A DNA stretch of 56,076 nucleotides, the filler included, from Platydemus manokwari (Eukaryota), in the NCBI GenBank assembly GCA_037951405.1. It is 5 parts of 5 records of this genome, joined end to end, with 100 filler letters (N's around TTAATTAATTAA, not from the genome) between each part and the next. Parts side by side here need not be neighbours in the genome. Positions count along the whole stretch, not along the records: positions 1 to 9,931 come from JBBMOY011187877.1; positions 10,032 to 25,646 come from JBBMOY011268095.1; 3 more parts are not named here. One strand, 5' to 3'. The notes below the pieces were generated by a model that saw only the letters and a program-made list of their open reading frames with translations, had not been told where the DNA came from and did no database searches. This document shows positions 1 through 11,884 of this stretch, in pieces; position 1 is the first letter of the stretch; the number at the start of each line of letters is the position of its first letter. The position numbers and the translations under genes are program-made.

Positions 1-44
1 ATAAGATCTTCAATTTAATATTTAAAAATGAAAAGCCAATTTAA

Positions 45-75
45 AAAAGGCCATTATTTTTGCACCAACCTAATA
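45..75 (+). mobile_element. Right terminal inverted repeat of a mariner element (cecropia/Hsmar1-like) plus TA target site
   Basis: ccattatttttgcaccaacctaa+ta is the reverse complement of TA-TTAGGTTGGTGCAAAAATAATGG, close to the Hsmar1-type TIR; the body of the element lies left of the window. Confidence 0.75.
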
Positions 76-594
76 TAACACAATAATTTAAAAATCGAGG
101 AAATTTTGAAGATTTTTTAAATAGTAAATTTTAACAGAATGGATTGCTATAAGGTTAAATTTTTATTGTTATAGTGAATAAAATGGTAACTAAAAAATAA
201 GTGAATTAAGAAAGCATTCACATGGATTTATTTAAAGAATGTTTATTTAATATTAAAAATAATTTTAGAAATTTTATAATAATTTCCTCAAATAAACATG
301 ATATTGAATTATCAAAAACTAATAAATAGGCTTTACATAATTTTGATCAAAGCATAAAAACCCTTCCATTTTGCAGACAGAATTGATATTAATACATAAG
401 CAAGATGAACACTGTTGATACATTTTAATTTATATTTTTTATTAACATATAATATTTTTATGTGTAACAGAAACCTTTATTTTGACTCTCTCTCATGTTC
501 CTTTCTTATTTATTTTTGTATTTTATTTTCATTCTTAATTATATTCTTAATCTTCAAAATTTCTTCCCGTGAAATATTATTATTAAATATAAAT

Positions 595-840
595 TTCATT
601 CATCGACAACATTTAGTCACTAGAAATCTCGCAAAACATTTGAACACATCCCTCCTTATAATGATTGCGGATGCTAACAAAATATGTCTAATCCATTAAA
701 CTCAAAACTCTTCAAACAGTTTTGTTCTAAAAATGATGAAGAATTTCAAAGACTTTAATTGCACACAGAAGTAAAATGGCTTTCCAAAAGAAACTGCTTT
801 ACTCAACTCTTCTCGCTTTTTTACACTGTTGTTGAATTCG
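595..840 (+). pseudogene. hAT (Buster/Charlie, ZBED5/8-like) transposase fragment
   Basis: Reads IHRQHLVTRNLAKHLNTSL..., then after a frameshift LNSKLFKQFCSKNDEEFQRL*LHTEVKWLSK; matches the Buster motifs H-R-x-x-L and LLHTEVRWLS; contains a stop and a frameshift. Confidence 0.85.
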
Positions 841-1687
841 CACATTCATTTTATTTGTCTCTGACAACTGAATTTTTTCTACATTACACTACTTTAGAAA
901 AAATTCCTAAATTGTGTTAAACAGCAAAATTGTTTTATATTTCATTTCGAAGCTCGTATTTAGTAGAAAAAGGTAGAAAAAATGTCTCAGATTTTCAGTA
1001 AGTCAAGGAACCACCGTATATCGAAGAGAGAGAAGACCTCAGCTTAAGGCCTTAGAGTCTATTATTGAAGAAATATTGAAGAAGTATCAACTTAATTATT
1101 CTCATTAAATATATGTTTTAAATGGAAATATAATACTATTTAGGATTACTTTTCATCTTTCATTTAACTAGTATAAAACTTGTACTTCCTTACAATCAGT
1201 AATTTAAAGGATTCAATCATTATGAGAACGAACTTTATAGGTTTCCATATTGTGGAAGACAAGGAGAAGATGTCCGTGGTTAAATGAAAACGATAGAAAA
1301 GAGTCAAATTTGAAAAAGATCGGGATAAAGTTTCGATATTCCATTTTTAATAAATTAAATATACAATTTAGCAATATTCCTAATCAGGATAATTTTCTGT
1401 AAATAAATCTTTGATTTCTAATCTTTCTTTATCAGTTAATTTACTATCAATTACTATAAATAAATTTACCGTTAGAAATGAAAAGCAAGTAAGATATTTT
1501 GAATTTTTAGATTAGTTATTTAGAAAGTTTTCAGAAATTAGCAGAGGAATTAATTTTATTTTTGATAATATTAGACCGATCAGGTTATTTCATTTTATTA
1601 ATTAAAACATTCAGGGAAAGAGTTTTCCGAAAATTTGTTCTAGAAGAATTAACTATTATTTAGATATTTGAGGATGCAATGCCCAAA

Positions 1688-1954
1688 TGTCCGTACGGGT
1701 ATATTAGTGTAGACTAGCACCTTAGTGTAGTGCGTTCGTTACTGTAGTCACGCACGCAAGTAAGTAGTATAGATCAGGAGTAGCGGACTTAATCCGTATT
1801 TAATTTCTGTGACGTAACTTTAATTTGGGCTAGTCTCTTTTTGTAAAATAGGGTTGTATATTATTATACAAATATAAATAAGTGTGCAACCTTGTTTTGT
1901 TTTTGGAATCGGATTATCAGCGAGAATTGTTGTGTTCTACACCCGGTAGACCCA
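1688..1954 (+). mobile_element. Possible solo LTR
   Basis: GC-richer island with TG...CA ends and imperfect inverted termini (TGTCCGTACGGGT ... ACCCGGTAGACCCA); no TSD found. Confidence 0.3.
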
Positions 1955-2559
1955 ATATATATATAATAGTATTAATAGGCAGTCTTTTGAACGTGTAATT
2001 TCAAAATACGAACGAATGATAGCGAGGGCTGGGTTTAATTACTGGCTATTAATACTACTTTTATTAAATAAAAACTTGTCTACATTTCCAAAAATAAAAA
2101 CAAATCATATACATTACATGCAAAGAGACAAACTAAGATCACAAAAGAGTCAAATCAAAATATCAAAATAGGTTCGCAAATTCACCACTACACTATTTTT
2201 TAATTGAGGAGAAACCTTTATATTAAATGTTAAAAATATACATTATGTCAAAAAAGTACCGGGAATTAATCATTTAAAAAACCCGCTTAAAGGTACTGTA
2301 TCCATCTGTTTTGTTGTTGTCAAAATCTAGGCAGGTTTTAAAAATCAAATCTCATTAGAAAATGTTCTCGAAAGAAAGTCAAATGTTTTGTTGATCAAAT
2401 CTCGAATGCTTGTCTTTAAATATTTTATTAATATCTCAATCCATCTAGAAATTAATTAAATCTTAAATTCAAATAATTGTTTCTTTTCTTGATATTTTGT
2501 TCAAAGAGGATTTTGCTAGCTTTCAAATAATTAGCGAATTTTTTCAACAAAGCGATCTT

Positions 2560-2960
2560 TTTATGTCTGAGAAACCAGCTAAAACAGACAAACAAACATG
2601 TTTTAAACAAATATTTAAAATTTCATGGGCAGTCTTAATCAGCCATATTTATCTTATTAAAACCACCAAAATACAAAAAATAAAACAATCGAAAAGAATA
2701 AAAAGCAGTTAATAGCAAAGAAAAAAAACAGAAAACAGAAAACAAATTCAAATTAACAAACAAAACTAAACCAACAACTAACTCCTTTATATAAAATCCA
2801 GCTAAAAACGGAAAACCACATAAATAGAATAAACTAAAAAAAACATTAAATGAAGCAAAAAATGAAACAAAAAATTTTAAAACGAATAAAAAGCGAAACA
2901 AATTTAACTCCTCAGACATATAATCTCAAATAAAAAAATGAACACTACCAACTATAAAAT
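2560..2960 (-). pseudogene. nad5: Nuclear mitochondrial insertion (NUMT), nad5 fragment
   Basis: ORF 2635-2919 contains LCGFPFLAGFYIKE (nad5 signature xxGxPFLxGFYSKD) and LTAFYSFRL; extreme T-rich coding-strand bias; truncated and embedded among nuclear TEs. Confidence 0.85.
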
Positions 2961-3667
2961 CATTTAGGAAACCACTAGGTTGCGTTAGAAGACTTAAGAA
3001 GTCCATAATTTATTTCGAAACAACTAGGAAGAGTGCGTTAGCCCATTTAAGAAACCACTAAGTTGCCCGAACTACTCGAAGTCAGTTAGAAGATTTGCTA
3101 GTCGACAGAACATGCCAATATCATTTGCCATTGCCAAGTAGTGAGTTAGATCATTTTGTAAACAACTAATTTATATCTATAGTACGTATCGTTCATCATT
3201 TTATTATAGAGCTATGCTCACAGACATCCTTGGTATTTGGTTTTAATCCAAGATAAGGAAGTATAAACAGCTATCCTCTGGAATTGTAAGCTTAGCCGTT
3301 GATCCAACATTTTTATTTGGTTTTTATTGTATTGCAAACTGTATTTTAATGTTATATATTTAATAAACGCTTAGTTGTAGAAAGAGTTACGTTGTTGATC
3401 GATATTTTGAGGCATAAAATAGTAAATGAGACTGATAGGATTAATTTACCGCTTGGATCATTGTTGCCAATCAATTCTATTACCATATAGTTTTGATTGC
3501 GAGGTGAATATAGGTATAGAAATACGGTTTAGTGAGGTGTACCTTGGGCTTGATTAGAACTCATTTGAGACTGATCGAGACAACAGTGACCCGTGAGCTA
3601 AATCATAATAGTAATTTATTGAGACTGATTAAAAACATAAAATTAACACCAAGCCCGAAACACGACA
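2961..3667 (+). mobile_element. 5' LTR (left end truncated) of an LTR retroelement
   Basis: Ends in ...ACGACA 2 nt before a PBS; AATAAA at 3362; internal repeats (catttaRgaaaccactaRgttgc x2, tgagactgat x3). Confidence 0.65.
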
Positions 3668-3669
3668 AC

Positions 3670-3687
3670 TGGTGCCCCAATTGAGGA
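3670..3687 (+). promoter_or_regulatory. Primer-binding site, elongator tRNA-Met type
   Basis: TGGTGCCCCAATTGAGGA versus the complement of metazoan elongator tRNA-Met 3' end TGGTGCCCCGTGTGAGGA (15/18). Confidence 0.7.
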
Positions 3688-4268
3688 AAACTCTTGTTTA
3701 AAATTAATAAAGTTTGAAAGCATAAATAGTTAACATCCAATGGTTTTCGAGTGAGAAAAATTCTTGATTAAAAATTACTAAAAGTTCGAATGTGTAAAAT
3801 TTGAAATAAATTATACATCAACTGTTAAACCCGAGTAAAATTTGATAAATTGAAATTAGGCCAAGGAGCTAATACTGATAAATGAAAGTTAAGCGATAAA
3901 ACTTTTGATAAATTTGATAATTAAAACGCGTATTATTTATTGCGTGAACCGGAGAGCTAGTTTAGCGACGCATAATAAGTATCATCGGTATATAAAATGA
4001 AGAAAAACAGATTAAAGTTTTCAACTTTATAGCAACAAAGTTAACAATTTGAGAGGTCTTAGAGGTCTACACCCTGCTCTAAGTGTCATTATTTAGTAAA
4101 GAGATTGATAACTTAATAGGTCTAATTTCGTAATAAGCATTGATTGTTCCAGAAAAGTGTTGAGTTTACTCCATGAATAGTGTTGATTAAAATCTGCAAA
4201 AAGCGTTATTAGACTTAGGTAGTTTGACCCATAGAGCGATAAAATTGATAATTTGAAATCTGCAAGGA

Positions 4269-5401
4269 GTGCATATGAATAGAAAAAATTCGATATTAAA
4301 GAAATATGATAGACAATTACGTAGAGCAAGCAAAAGCAATTTATTAGAGAATTTGGAAATAGTGAATAGGCATCTAAGCAAAAGTAGAAATATAAGTGAA
4401 ACTGAAAATTATAGTAGACATATTACCAGTGACAGTGAATTAGAAAATAGTAGTAAAGAAAATTATGGTAATAATTTTGAAAGGATAGAACCCAGTAATT
4501 TACCCGAAACAAGCGCCATAGAAAAAGATAGTAAAATAATTGATAGAAATAATTGTAAGGAAATAAGCACCCAAACCTATAGTAAAATAATTGAAACAGG
4601 CACCTAAGTTGATATAGAAAGTGAATTAATTAGAAATTGTAAAGCACCATTAATTAAAATGAATGAAGTAGTTATGATTAATAATAAAAATGTATATATA
4701 CCAATTAATCCCTATGATGGAAAACAATAAGGGTTTGATGACTTTTTCAATGAATAAGATGGACTGACTGTAGGTTGTCATTATATTTAAAATCATACGC
4801 GTTACAAACATTTCAAGGATTAGATTTTGGCGTAATTAAAAATTATAAGGATCTAGTAAGGGAATTAAAAAGCAAATCAGTTATGGAGGATGATGTACAT
4901 GAATTTTATGTAAAGCAATTTAATGATAGATATCAAATGTCTGGAGAGAGTGTTGGAGAATATTCAATGACATTGAAAGAATTAGTAAATAAGGCTTATG
5001 GCAAGTATGTATCTGTTGAGGGTCTTGAGCAAATAGTTAAAAGGGGAATAACACCCATATTAAGAAGTCAAATAGCATTAGCAGAATATAAATATTTCGA
5101 TGAGTTTGAACAAAAAACAAGGATAATTGAAATGATTAATGGGTCAAATAGTTTGTCAAATCATAATATAGGATATGGAATACCTGGAAATTATCCATTG
5201 ATAAGTCCAGTAACATTTAAGGGAAATAAAAAAGAGATACCAACTACTAGTAAACATAATATAGTGACTAAAGATGATGTAACATGGGAACAATTAAACA
5301 AAGTATTAACACAGCTTCAAATAAAAGATGATAATGTTAAGCAAAGCAAAACATATAATAATGGAAATTATTTTGATATGAATAGGAATTATGATCACTA
5401 G
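4269..5401 (+). pseudogene. gag: Retrotransposon gag (capsid-like), decayed
   Basis: INPYDGK, then FNDRYQMSGESVGEYSMTLKELVNKAY (Q-x-x-x-E-S-V-x-E-Y major-homology-like motif of Ty3/Gypsy Gag) and KRGITPILRSQI; broken by stops and frameshifts; downstream of LTR-PBS. Confidence 0.8.
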
Positions 5402-5949
5402 CAGAGGAAAGAAAAAAGAAGTGAGAAGAAGAACAGAAAAAATAGCTAAAAGAGAAAGAGAAATGAAAATTAATATAGAAAAGGAATTAGATACAGAAAT
5501 TACAAGTGTAGAAAATTCATGAAAAAAGACAGAACAAGAATAACAAAAAGAATTGAAAAAATTAGCAAAGGAAAAAAAGAATTACAAAAGAAATTAAAGA
5601 AATTAAGATAAAAGAAAGAGGATCACAATAAGGAATTACAATATGAAGAAATAGAATCAAGATATAGAGAAATAGATCATGATTGCAATGGAGAAATAGA
5701 TTATGATAGAATAAGGAGAACTGAATACAGAGATAATAGAAATGACGATCAATACTATTAGAAGAGGAAATACGAATAATAGAAATAATGATAGGGATAA
5801 TAGAAGTAATGACCGATATTACAGAAGAGAAGATAGAAGAAATAATGAGTATGAAGTGGAAATTATAAGACAGACATTAAGAAGAAATTCATATGCAAAT
5901 TCAAGTGAAGAAGAAGAAAAAAATTTGATAAAAGAAGATAGTTGTGAAT

Positions 5950-7400
5950 TATATACATGTAGCGAAATACTTGGACCACGTATAATGGAAACAATAATAG
6001 GAAAAGTTGAGAAAATACAACAATTAATTAAATATGAAAATTTTGAGAGAACCAGTGAGTTAATAAGAGAAATGCAATTACAAGCTAGAGAAATGAGGAA
6101 ATTAAATGAACAGGAAGAATTTGAGTTAAAATATTGTGGAAAAATAATTAGGATCAATACGGAATTACAAAAGCCGTTTAGATTAAACATTTGGACATTT
6201 ATAAGAAATAAGGAATACAAAATAAAATTTCCCATACATGCATGCACAAACATTAAGAAACTTAAGAAAACATAAATACAGCAATTAGAGGAAAAACATG
6301 GCATAGTAGCAGTGGACATGGTAATAATATTTAAAACAAAAGAGTTAGACGACAAAGAATATCTAATAGATACAGGATTTTCGCAATATGATCCGGATCA
6401 AATCACGAAATGTAAACGACGGAAAAACAAAATTATACGACAAAGCAGTTCAATGGGAACATTATAAAATAAATAAAATTGAGATAGAAGTTAAAATGAT
6501 AGTTAATATAGGCAATGAAATATTAAAAAATATAAGAGTAAAAGATACAGCAACGACAGATTACCTAAAATTTGAAATAGATCGAATTTGGCCATTTAAA
6601 AGAGAAGGAATTAGAAAAATGACTTATAAAGTAGATGTAGGAATGTTAATGAGAAAACAGGACCTTTATTAGGAATAACATTGGAATTAATAACAAAAGG
6701 AGTATTTATGAATTATGAAAAACAAATAGGATATTACCGAATAAGAACAAATCAGAAAAATAGGATAATAGCAGTTATGAGAACATGGAATGAAAGGATC
6801 ACTGGCGATAAAGATCATATTAAGTTACCAATATGGTTATTGTCTGCACCGGTATATCAACTAAAATTGAACATAAGGGGAAAGGAAGAAATAGAAGAAT
6901 TTAGAACTAGTGAAAATGCCTCAATTAAATGGTTTAAAAATTGGATATCTAAACAACAGGGATACCGCAAGAAAAATATATAATAAGATGGAAAAGCATA
7001 CCAAGAAAAATAAAATTAAAATATGAGCATAAGAGAAAAAAAGAGAATATTTGGAGGATATTGGACGATGATTATCAATTTTGGCACTATGGTATAGAAC
7101 CAACAGAGTGAAATAATACAGAAATAGGATTAATAAGTGAAGAAGATAAATATATAGTAAAAGTTGAAGTGTTAAATAGTTACCAGGAAGAAAAAGTTAA
7201 TAAAGTTAATAAAGAAAAAGAAAGAAGTAAAACATTTGAAGAGAAAAATAGAAGAACAATATATAAATAAAAGAGAATGGGGATTAAACAAAAAAATTAT
7301 GAAATATAAATAACGAACCTTATTAGAGGAAGAAGAACTAAAAAATGTGTTCTTAGAGGATAACATAAATGTAGTGACAATTAACATAATAGCCCCAATG
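5950..7400 (+). pseudogene. Tandem ubiquitin-like domains in the retroelement polyprotein
   Basis: Units include ...TNIKKLKKT*IQQLEEKHGIVAVDMVIIFKTKELDDKEYLIDTGF; ...ENASIKWFKNWISKQQG...WRILDDDYQFWHYGIEP; ...EVKHLKRKIEEQ...IMKYK*RTLLEEEELKNVFL. These follow the ubiquitin pattern TIxxVKxxIxxxxGI...LIFxGKxLEDxxxLxDYxI. Confidence 0.6.
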
Positions 7401-7983
7401 CCAAATATACATAAAACGATACCTTGGAGGTATACAATTTCGATGTATGTTGGGGATATAATGACATAAATTTGATAAGATGCGAAGAAAAGGAAGAGGC
7501 AATGAGTGATAAAATTGATAAATCAGGAAACACAGAAATGACAAAATGTAGGAAGAAAAGTAAAGATAGAAAAGCTAATAAACAATGGTCAGTAGACTTA
7601 GATGAAATAACGGATGAAGTAGAAAGTGTGGATGATAAAAGCATTGATAAAAAAGAGAAACATCAAAGAAGAAGAAGAAAAACGAAGTTAAAAATGCAGA
7701 ACATACTGAATCATCAGGAAAATATTTCATAAAATTATTTACGGAAACAAGAGAAGAATGCATACCTGGAAAGATGATAACGACATTGCAAACAACAATA
7801 AACCTAATAGATAATCAAATAATTGATAAGGATGAGGGAGCACAAATAATAGCAAATGAATATGAGAACGAAATAAATCAAAATGATGGATGGACTAAAT
7901 TAGTGCAATTTATGCTAGAGCAATTGGTGGACAAAAGAAAATCTATAGTTCTAAACGAAGAAAAGCAATTAGAGAAACAGTAG

Positions 7984-8878
7984 CCTCAACAAAAATCTAA
8001 ATTCACCACCATAGTTCAAACATTATTAACAATGTATCCAGTAGGATTGATAGGAGGAGTAGATGCGGGAATAGATGGTTTTGATTGTGGAAAACCACAA
8101 TGGGGACAAAAATATTCATTACTAGATATTGATAAATGCCCAGAGGCATACCCTGTAAATTTAACAAAATATATACCTAAGAAAATGTGATTCGTTTCAT
8201 AATAATAGAGAATAATAGAGCAATAATAGGCTGTCAACAACAATGTAATTGGAGAAAATTAAGGGATTTAAGTCAAATACAGGTCAAAAATGAAACGGAT
8301 ATAATAGAATTTATAATTAAGTGTCATCAAGGATTTGGTGTAAAATGTAAAATAGAGAAATTAGAAGAAATAACAATAACAGGAAAATGGGAAGATTTAA
8401 TAAGTCAAGAATGGAGAGTTAATTTCCTAATAATAATACAGTTAGCAAGCAGTAAACAAAAGACAATTGAAGCTATAAGACATACAAAAGCAATGATAAA
8501 AGATTAAAATCCAGGCAAAAATAAATGGAAATTTAAAGCACCAAAAGCTAAGGAGATAATAGGAATATCATGGAAATCATATACCAATAAGTTAACATAT
8601 CATCTCATAGCATAATGGCAATATTTGCAAAAATAGGAATTAATGGAGAAAAAGAAATTAAGTTAAATAATACTATACCATCTAAAACAATCATATTACC
8701 AGCATTAGGAACCCACGATATATCGTTCACACAGTGTTACGCTTATCCATATAAATCAAAATGTAATTGTGAAAAAAGTTTTAAATTTTGTACGACTAGT
8801 ACGGATAAGGTAATAATCAATGTGCCAGAATGGAAGTTATCAAAGATAATTAATAATGAAAATGAAATAGAAAATTAG
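7984..8878 (+). pseudogene. Env-like glycoprotein remnant (chuvirus/gB-type N-terminus) and downstream Cys-rich segments
   Basis: In frame after ORF 7774-7983: hydrophobic IVQTLLTMYPVGLIGGVDAG then IDGFDCGKPQWGQKYSLLDIDKCP, resembling the G[YF]DC...SLLD...C start of chuvirus-like glycoproteins; later fragments are Cys-rich. Confidence 0.5.
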
Positions 8879-9149
8879 GAAGTGAAAAGAAATAATTTAT
8901 TATAGACAATAGATAAAAGAATGGAAAAAATAAAGATGAAAAAGGAGAACGTCTTAGAGTAAAAGGAAAAGCGATTCAGTAAAGAAAAGAATTAGAATTA
9001 ATAAGAATAGAAAGAGATAAAATTATAAAAGATAGTTTACAAATTATAGAAAATGTCAATTTAGCAACTCAAGTAGCTAAAAACAGTAATTTGGCATGAT
9101 GTCTAGAGAGTTTCTAGAATTATAAACAAAAGAGTACAAGAAATAAACA

Positions 9150-9931
9150 CACAGATATGACGCATGCGACCTACAAAATCAGCATATAAGAGCAAGTAAA
9201 TATATTTTGATTGCACTTTATTATACACACATTAGTTTACACTATTAATTCAGCGAAACTTTTTGTCCGACGAAGCAATTATTATTGACAAGAAATCTAA
9301 GCGGATCAATCTTATTATTATTTACGAAGAATTTTGACGAAGCAATTTTATCAAATCATTTATTTACAAAGCATTTTGATTAACCAATTTTATTTGAAGA
9401 ATTATTCGAAAAATCCCGTTGAGTATCATTTACAAGAAGCATATACGAGTATATTTAATTCCGAATTCAACTATTTATATCTCGAAATCATGATGAGTAA
9501 AATTTTATACTTTTATTACGCGCCCACAGATATCTCGATAGCTGTGTGGTTGTTTTAAACTTATTTAAGTTCCATCTTATAACTTTCACTTTCTTTTTTA
9601 TCCACAGGAGTGTCTTGCCAATTAGTTAGGCACATCTGAATGTTCTACTGAGAGGTTCTGGTCGTCCACAATAGTATCTTGAAGTGTGCATTAAAATTTG
9701 ATTTATTAATAAACGTATTTTATCATCATTGTTTATTTAATAATTGATTTTAACATTTTCAGAAAGACTCATATTTACCGATATCTATAGTTTAAATATT
9801 ATTATTACTCGAGAGTGATTTAAACACTCCCTACATATACTGAGCGACAAGATTTTTAACCCGGTCTTAATTAGTATACATTAAGGCGTTTTCCCAATTA
9901 TTATTGTTGAATTATTAGTATAACTGATTAA
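9150..9931 (+). mobile_element. Possible LTR of a different family, cut by the gap
   Basis: Non-coding; pyrimidine tract + cacag acceptor at ~9607 and AATAAA at ~9708, same layout as the 2961-3667 LTR but not alignable to it by eye. Confidence 0.3.
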
Positions 9932-10031
9932 NNNNNNNNNNNNNNNNNNNNNNNNNNNNNNNNNNNNNNNNNNNNTTAATTAATTAANNNNNNNNNNNNN
10001 NNNNNNNNNNNNNNNNNNNNNNNNNNNNNNN
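9932..10031. other. Artificial assembly spacer (N44-TTAATTAATTAA-N44)
   Basis: 100-bp linker with stops in all six frames; the same linker occurs at 25647-25746, 35513-35612 and 46096-46195. Confidence 0.97.
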
Positions 10032-11214
10032 GTATAGAACATCCAAGAAGCCAACAAAATGAAGACTGTGTTGGTATAAATTAAAACAAAGAAAAGCATG
10101 CTTAAAATGAATTATTAAAAGATACACGCAAAAGAGAAATGAAGCATTTAATAATTACGAATTATAAATAAATTATATTTAAACTAAAATCATTCATATT
10201 CTTTTAACAATTTCTACCAGATCATTACTATGACACCTTTATGGTCCTCATAATGTTTTCTCATTCGTTTTTGTTATGCAGAAGAAGGTGAATGATATAC
10301 GATTAAGAAATACTCCTAAGTGCTTGTATTTCCTCTGCAACGAAAATTCGTCTTGGATTTTTCTTTCAATATAACTTCTTGACTTGCTTAAAGGTTCAAG
10401 ATAAACATTATATGTATTACAAGTACTTGTTCATTGAGTTATAATTCTATATCAATTTAATAAACCGTCCACATTCGAAGGCACATACTACTTGTTAACT
10501 TTTGTACATGGTTCCTGTGTTACAGTTTGTTCACTGCTTCTATATTTGTCGATTTTTTAATGAATTCTTGTTGTCATTATTTATTTTTTCATTTTTATTT
10601 ATTTCTTTTGTTTTGTTTGTACTTAAATACCTTTAATTTATCTTCAACACTTTCCCTTAGGCAATAATTAACCGAAAATTATAACTTGTTATCCATAAAA
10701 TCAATATCATACTTTATTTAATCCATAAAACCAATTTATAAAAGTTTAAAAAATCTAAACTAAAATGAATTTCCACAACTTGTTTTCCCAACATAAATTG
10801 ATCCTGAAAAAACAAACCTGCTTACTGTTAATAATTAAAATTATTTATGAAAATCTAAACAACATGATGATGAACAAAATGAAAATCAATTATGGCGAGT
10901 AAGTTGTCATTTATTGTTAGCAAAATTTTTTAATGCTAATAATCACTGTTGTATATAAATTGTGGTTTTAGTTGAGTTTGATTTACTTGTATTTCGTGTA
11001 CTTGATGTTGAGGATTTGCTGTAATTTTGTATTGATGCCAGGAATTTTTTGATAAAAAGTTTGAGATTTGAATTCAGAAATGGATGGTTGTAAGATCTCA
11101 AAAAATAGGAGAAAATCTGTCAACTGAGTTTATTATTCTATTGGTTGTTGTTAACAGGTTTTGCTGTCAAGGATTTCTCTTGCTGGAAATAAAGACTGTG
11201 GTCAATCGCTAACA

Positions 11215-11884
11215 CAGTGGTTTTCAACTTTTTTGCTGGAGAGGAGCCCCAGGGAAACATTCCTCTGGAAACACTGCTACAATTTAATTGTTTTATGCAA
11301 AAAACAGTATCTATTTTTTTAATGAAATAAAAGAATTTATGTTCAGAGTATTGTTCATGTTTGAATAGACTAAATTTATTCTTATCAAAAACTCAATGGT
11401 AAATTTGAGACTGGTGCTTCTTGCACAACTCTTTAAGATTCGGTTTTGTTTTTGACAGACACACTCGAAGTTCATCTCCCACAGACAGTAATTGTGCTCA
11501 TTTCTTGTGTTTGATTATTGTCACAGCTGAAAATCTTAAATCACACAAATATGAGGTTGAAAATTGAGCAAGAAGTCGTAGCGAGTTCTGGTCAATTGTA
11601 GGATATTCCTTTTCAACAAGCAACCAAAATATATAAAAGCTAACCTAATAGTGGTAGGAAAAAGTGATCTTTCAAATGTAGTGAGTTTAATTATGTTAAA
11701 TTTAGTATATTTAAACAACAAATAATAATAAAATAATAAAAATAATAATAGCAATAATAATAATAAAATATTTTTTCGAAATTGAATTTAATATGATGCT
11801 TATTTGTTTGTTGTTCTAATTTAGAAATTTAGAAATTGCAGTAATCCTGGAGTGTACTGGTGGAACTCTGGTTGAAAATCATTG
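11215..11884 (-). mobile_element. Non-autonomous hAT-Buster/Charlie element (670 bp)
   Basis: TIRs CAGTGGTTTTCAAC / GTTGAAAATCATTG; 8-bp TSD cgcTAaca / ctcTAgca (6/8, central TA typical of Buster); minus-strand transposase C-terminus GFSAVTIIKHKK*AQLLSVGDELRVCLSKTKPNLKELCKKHQSQIYH* ending at 11393. Confidence 0.9.

Noticed and set aside
5819-6355. 178-aa hydrophobic minus-strand ORF
   Set aside because: Shadow of the A-rich plus-strand coding region; the same applies to 15995-16435, 17432-17896 and 21301-21759.
9150-9931. 3' LTR of the UBL element
   Set aside because: Does not align with 2961-3667 and no PPT-TG junction is visible.
9976-9987. TTAATTAATTAA palindrome recurring four times
   Set aside because: Always centred in 100-bp N blocks; synthetic linker with six-frame stops.
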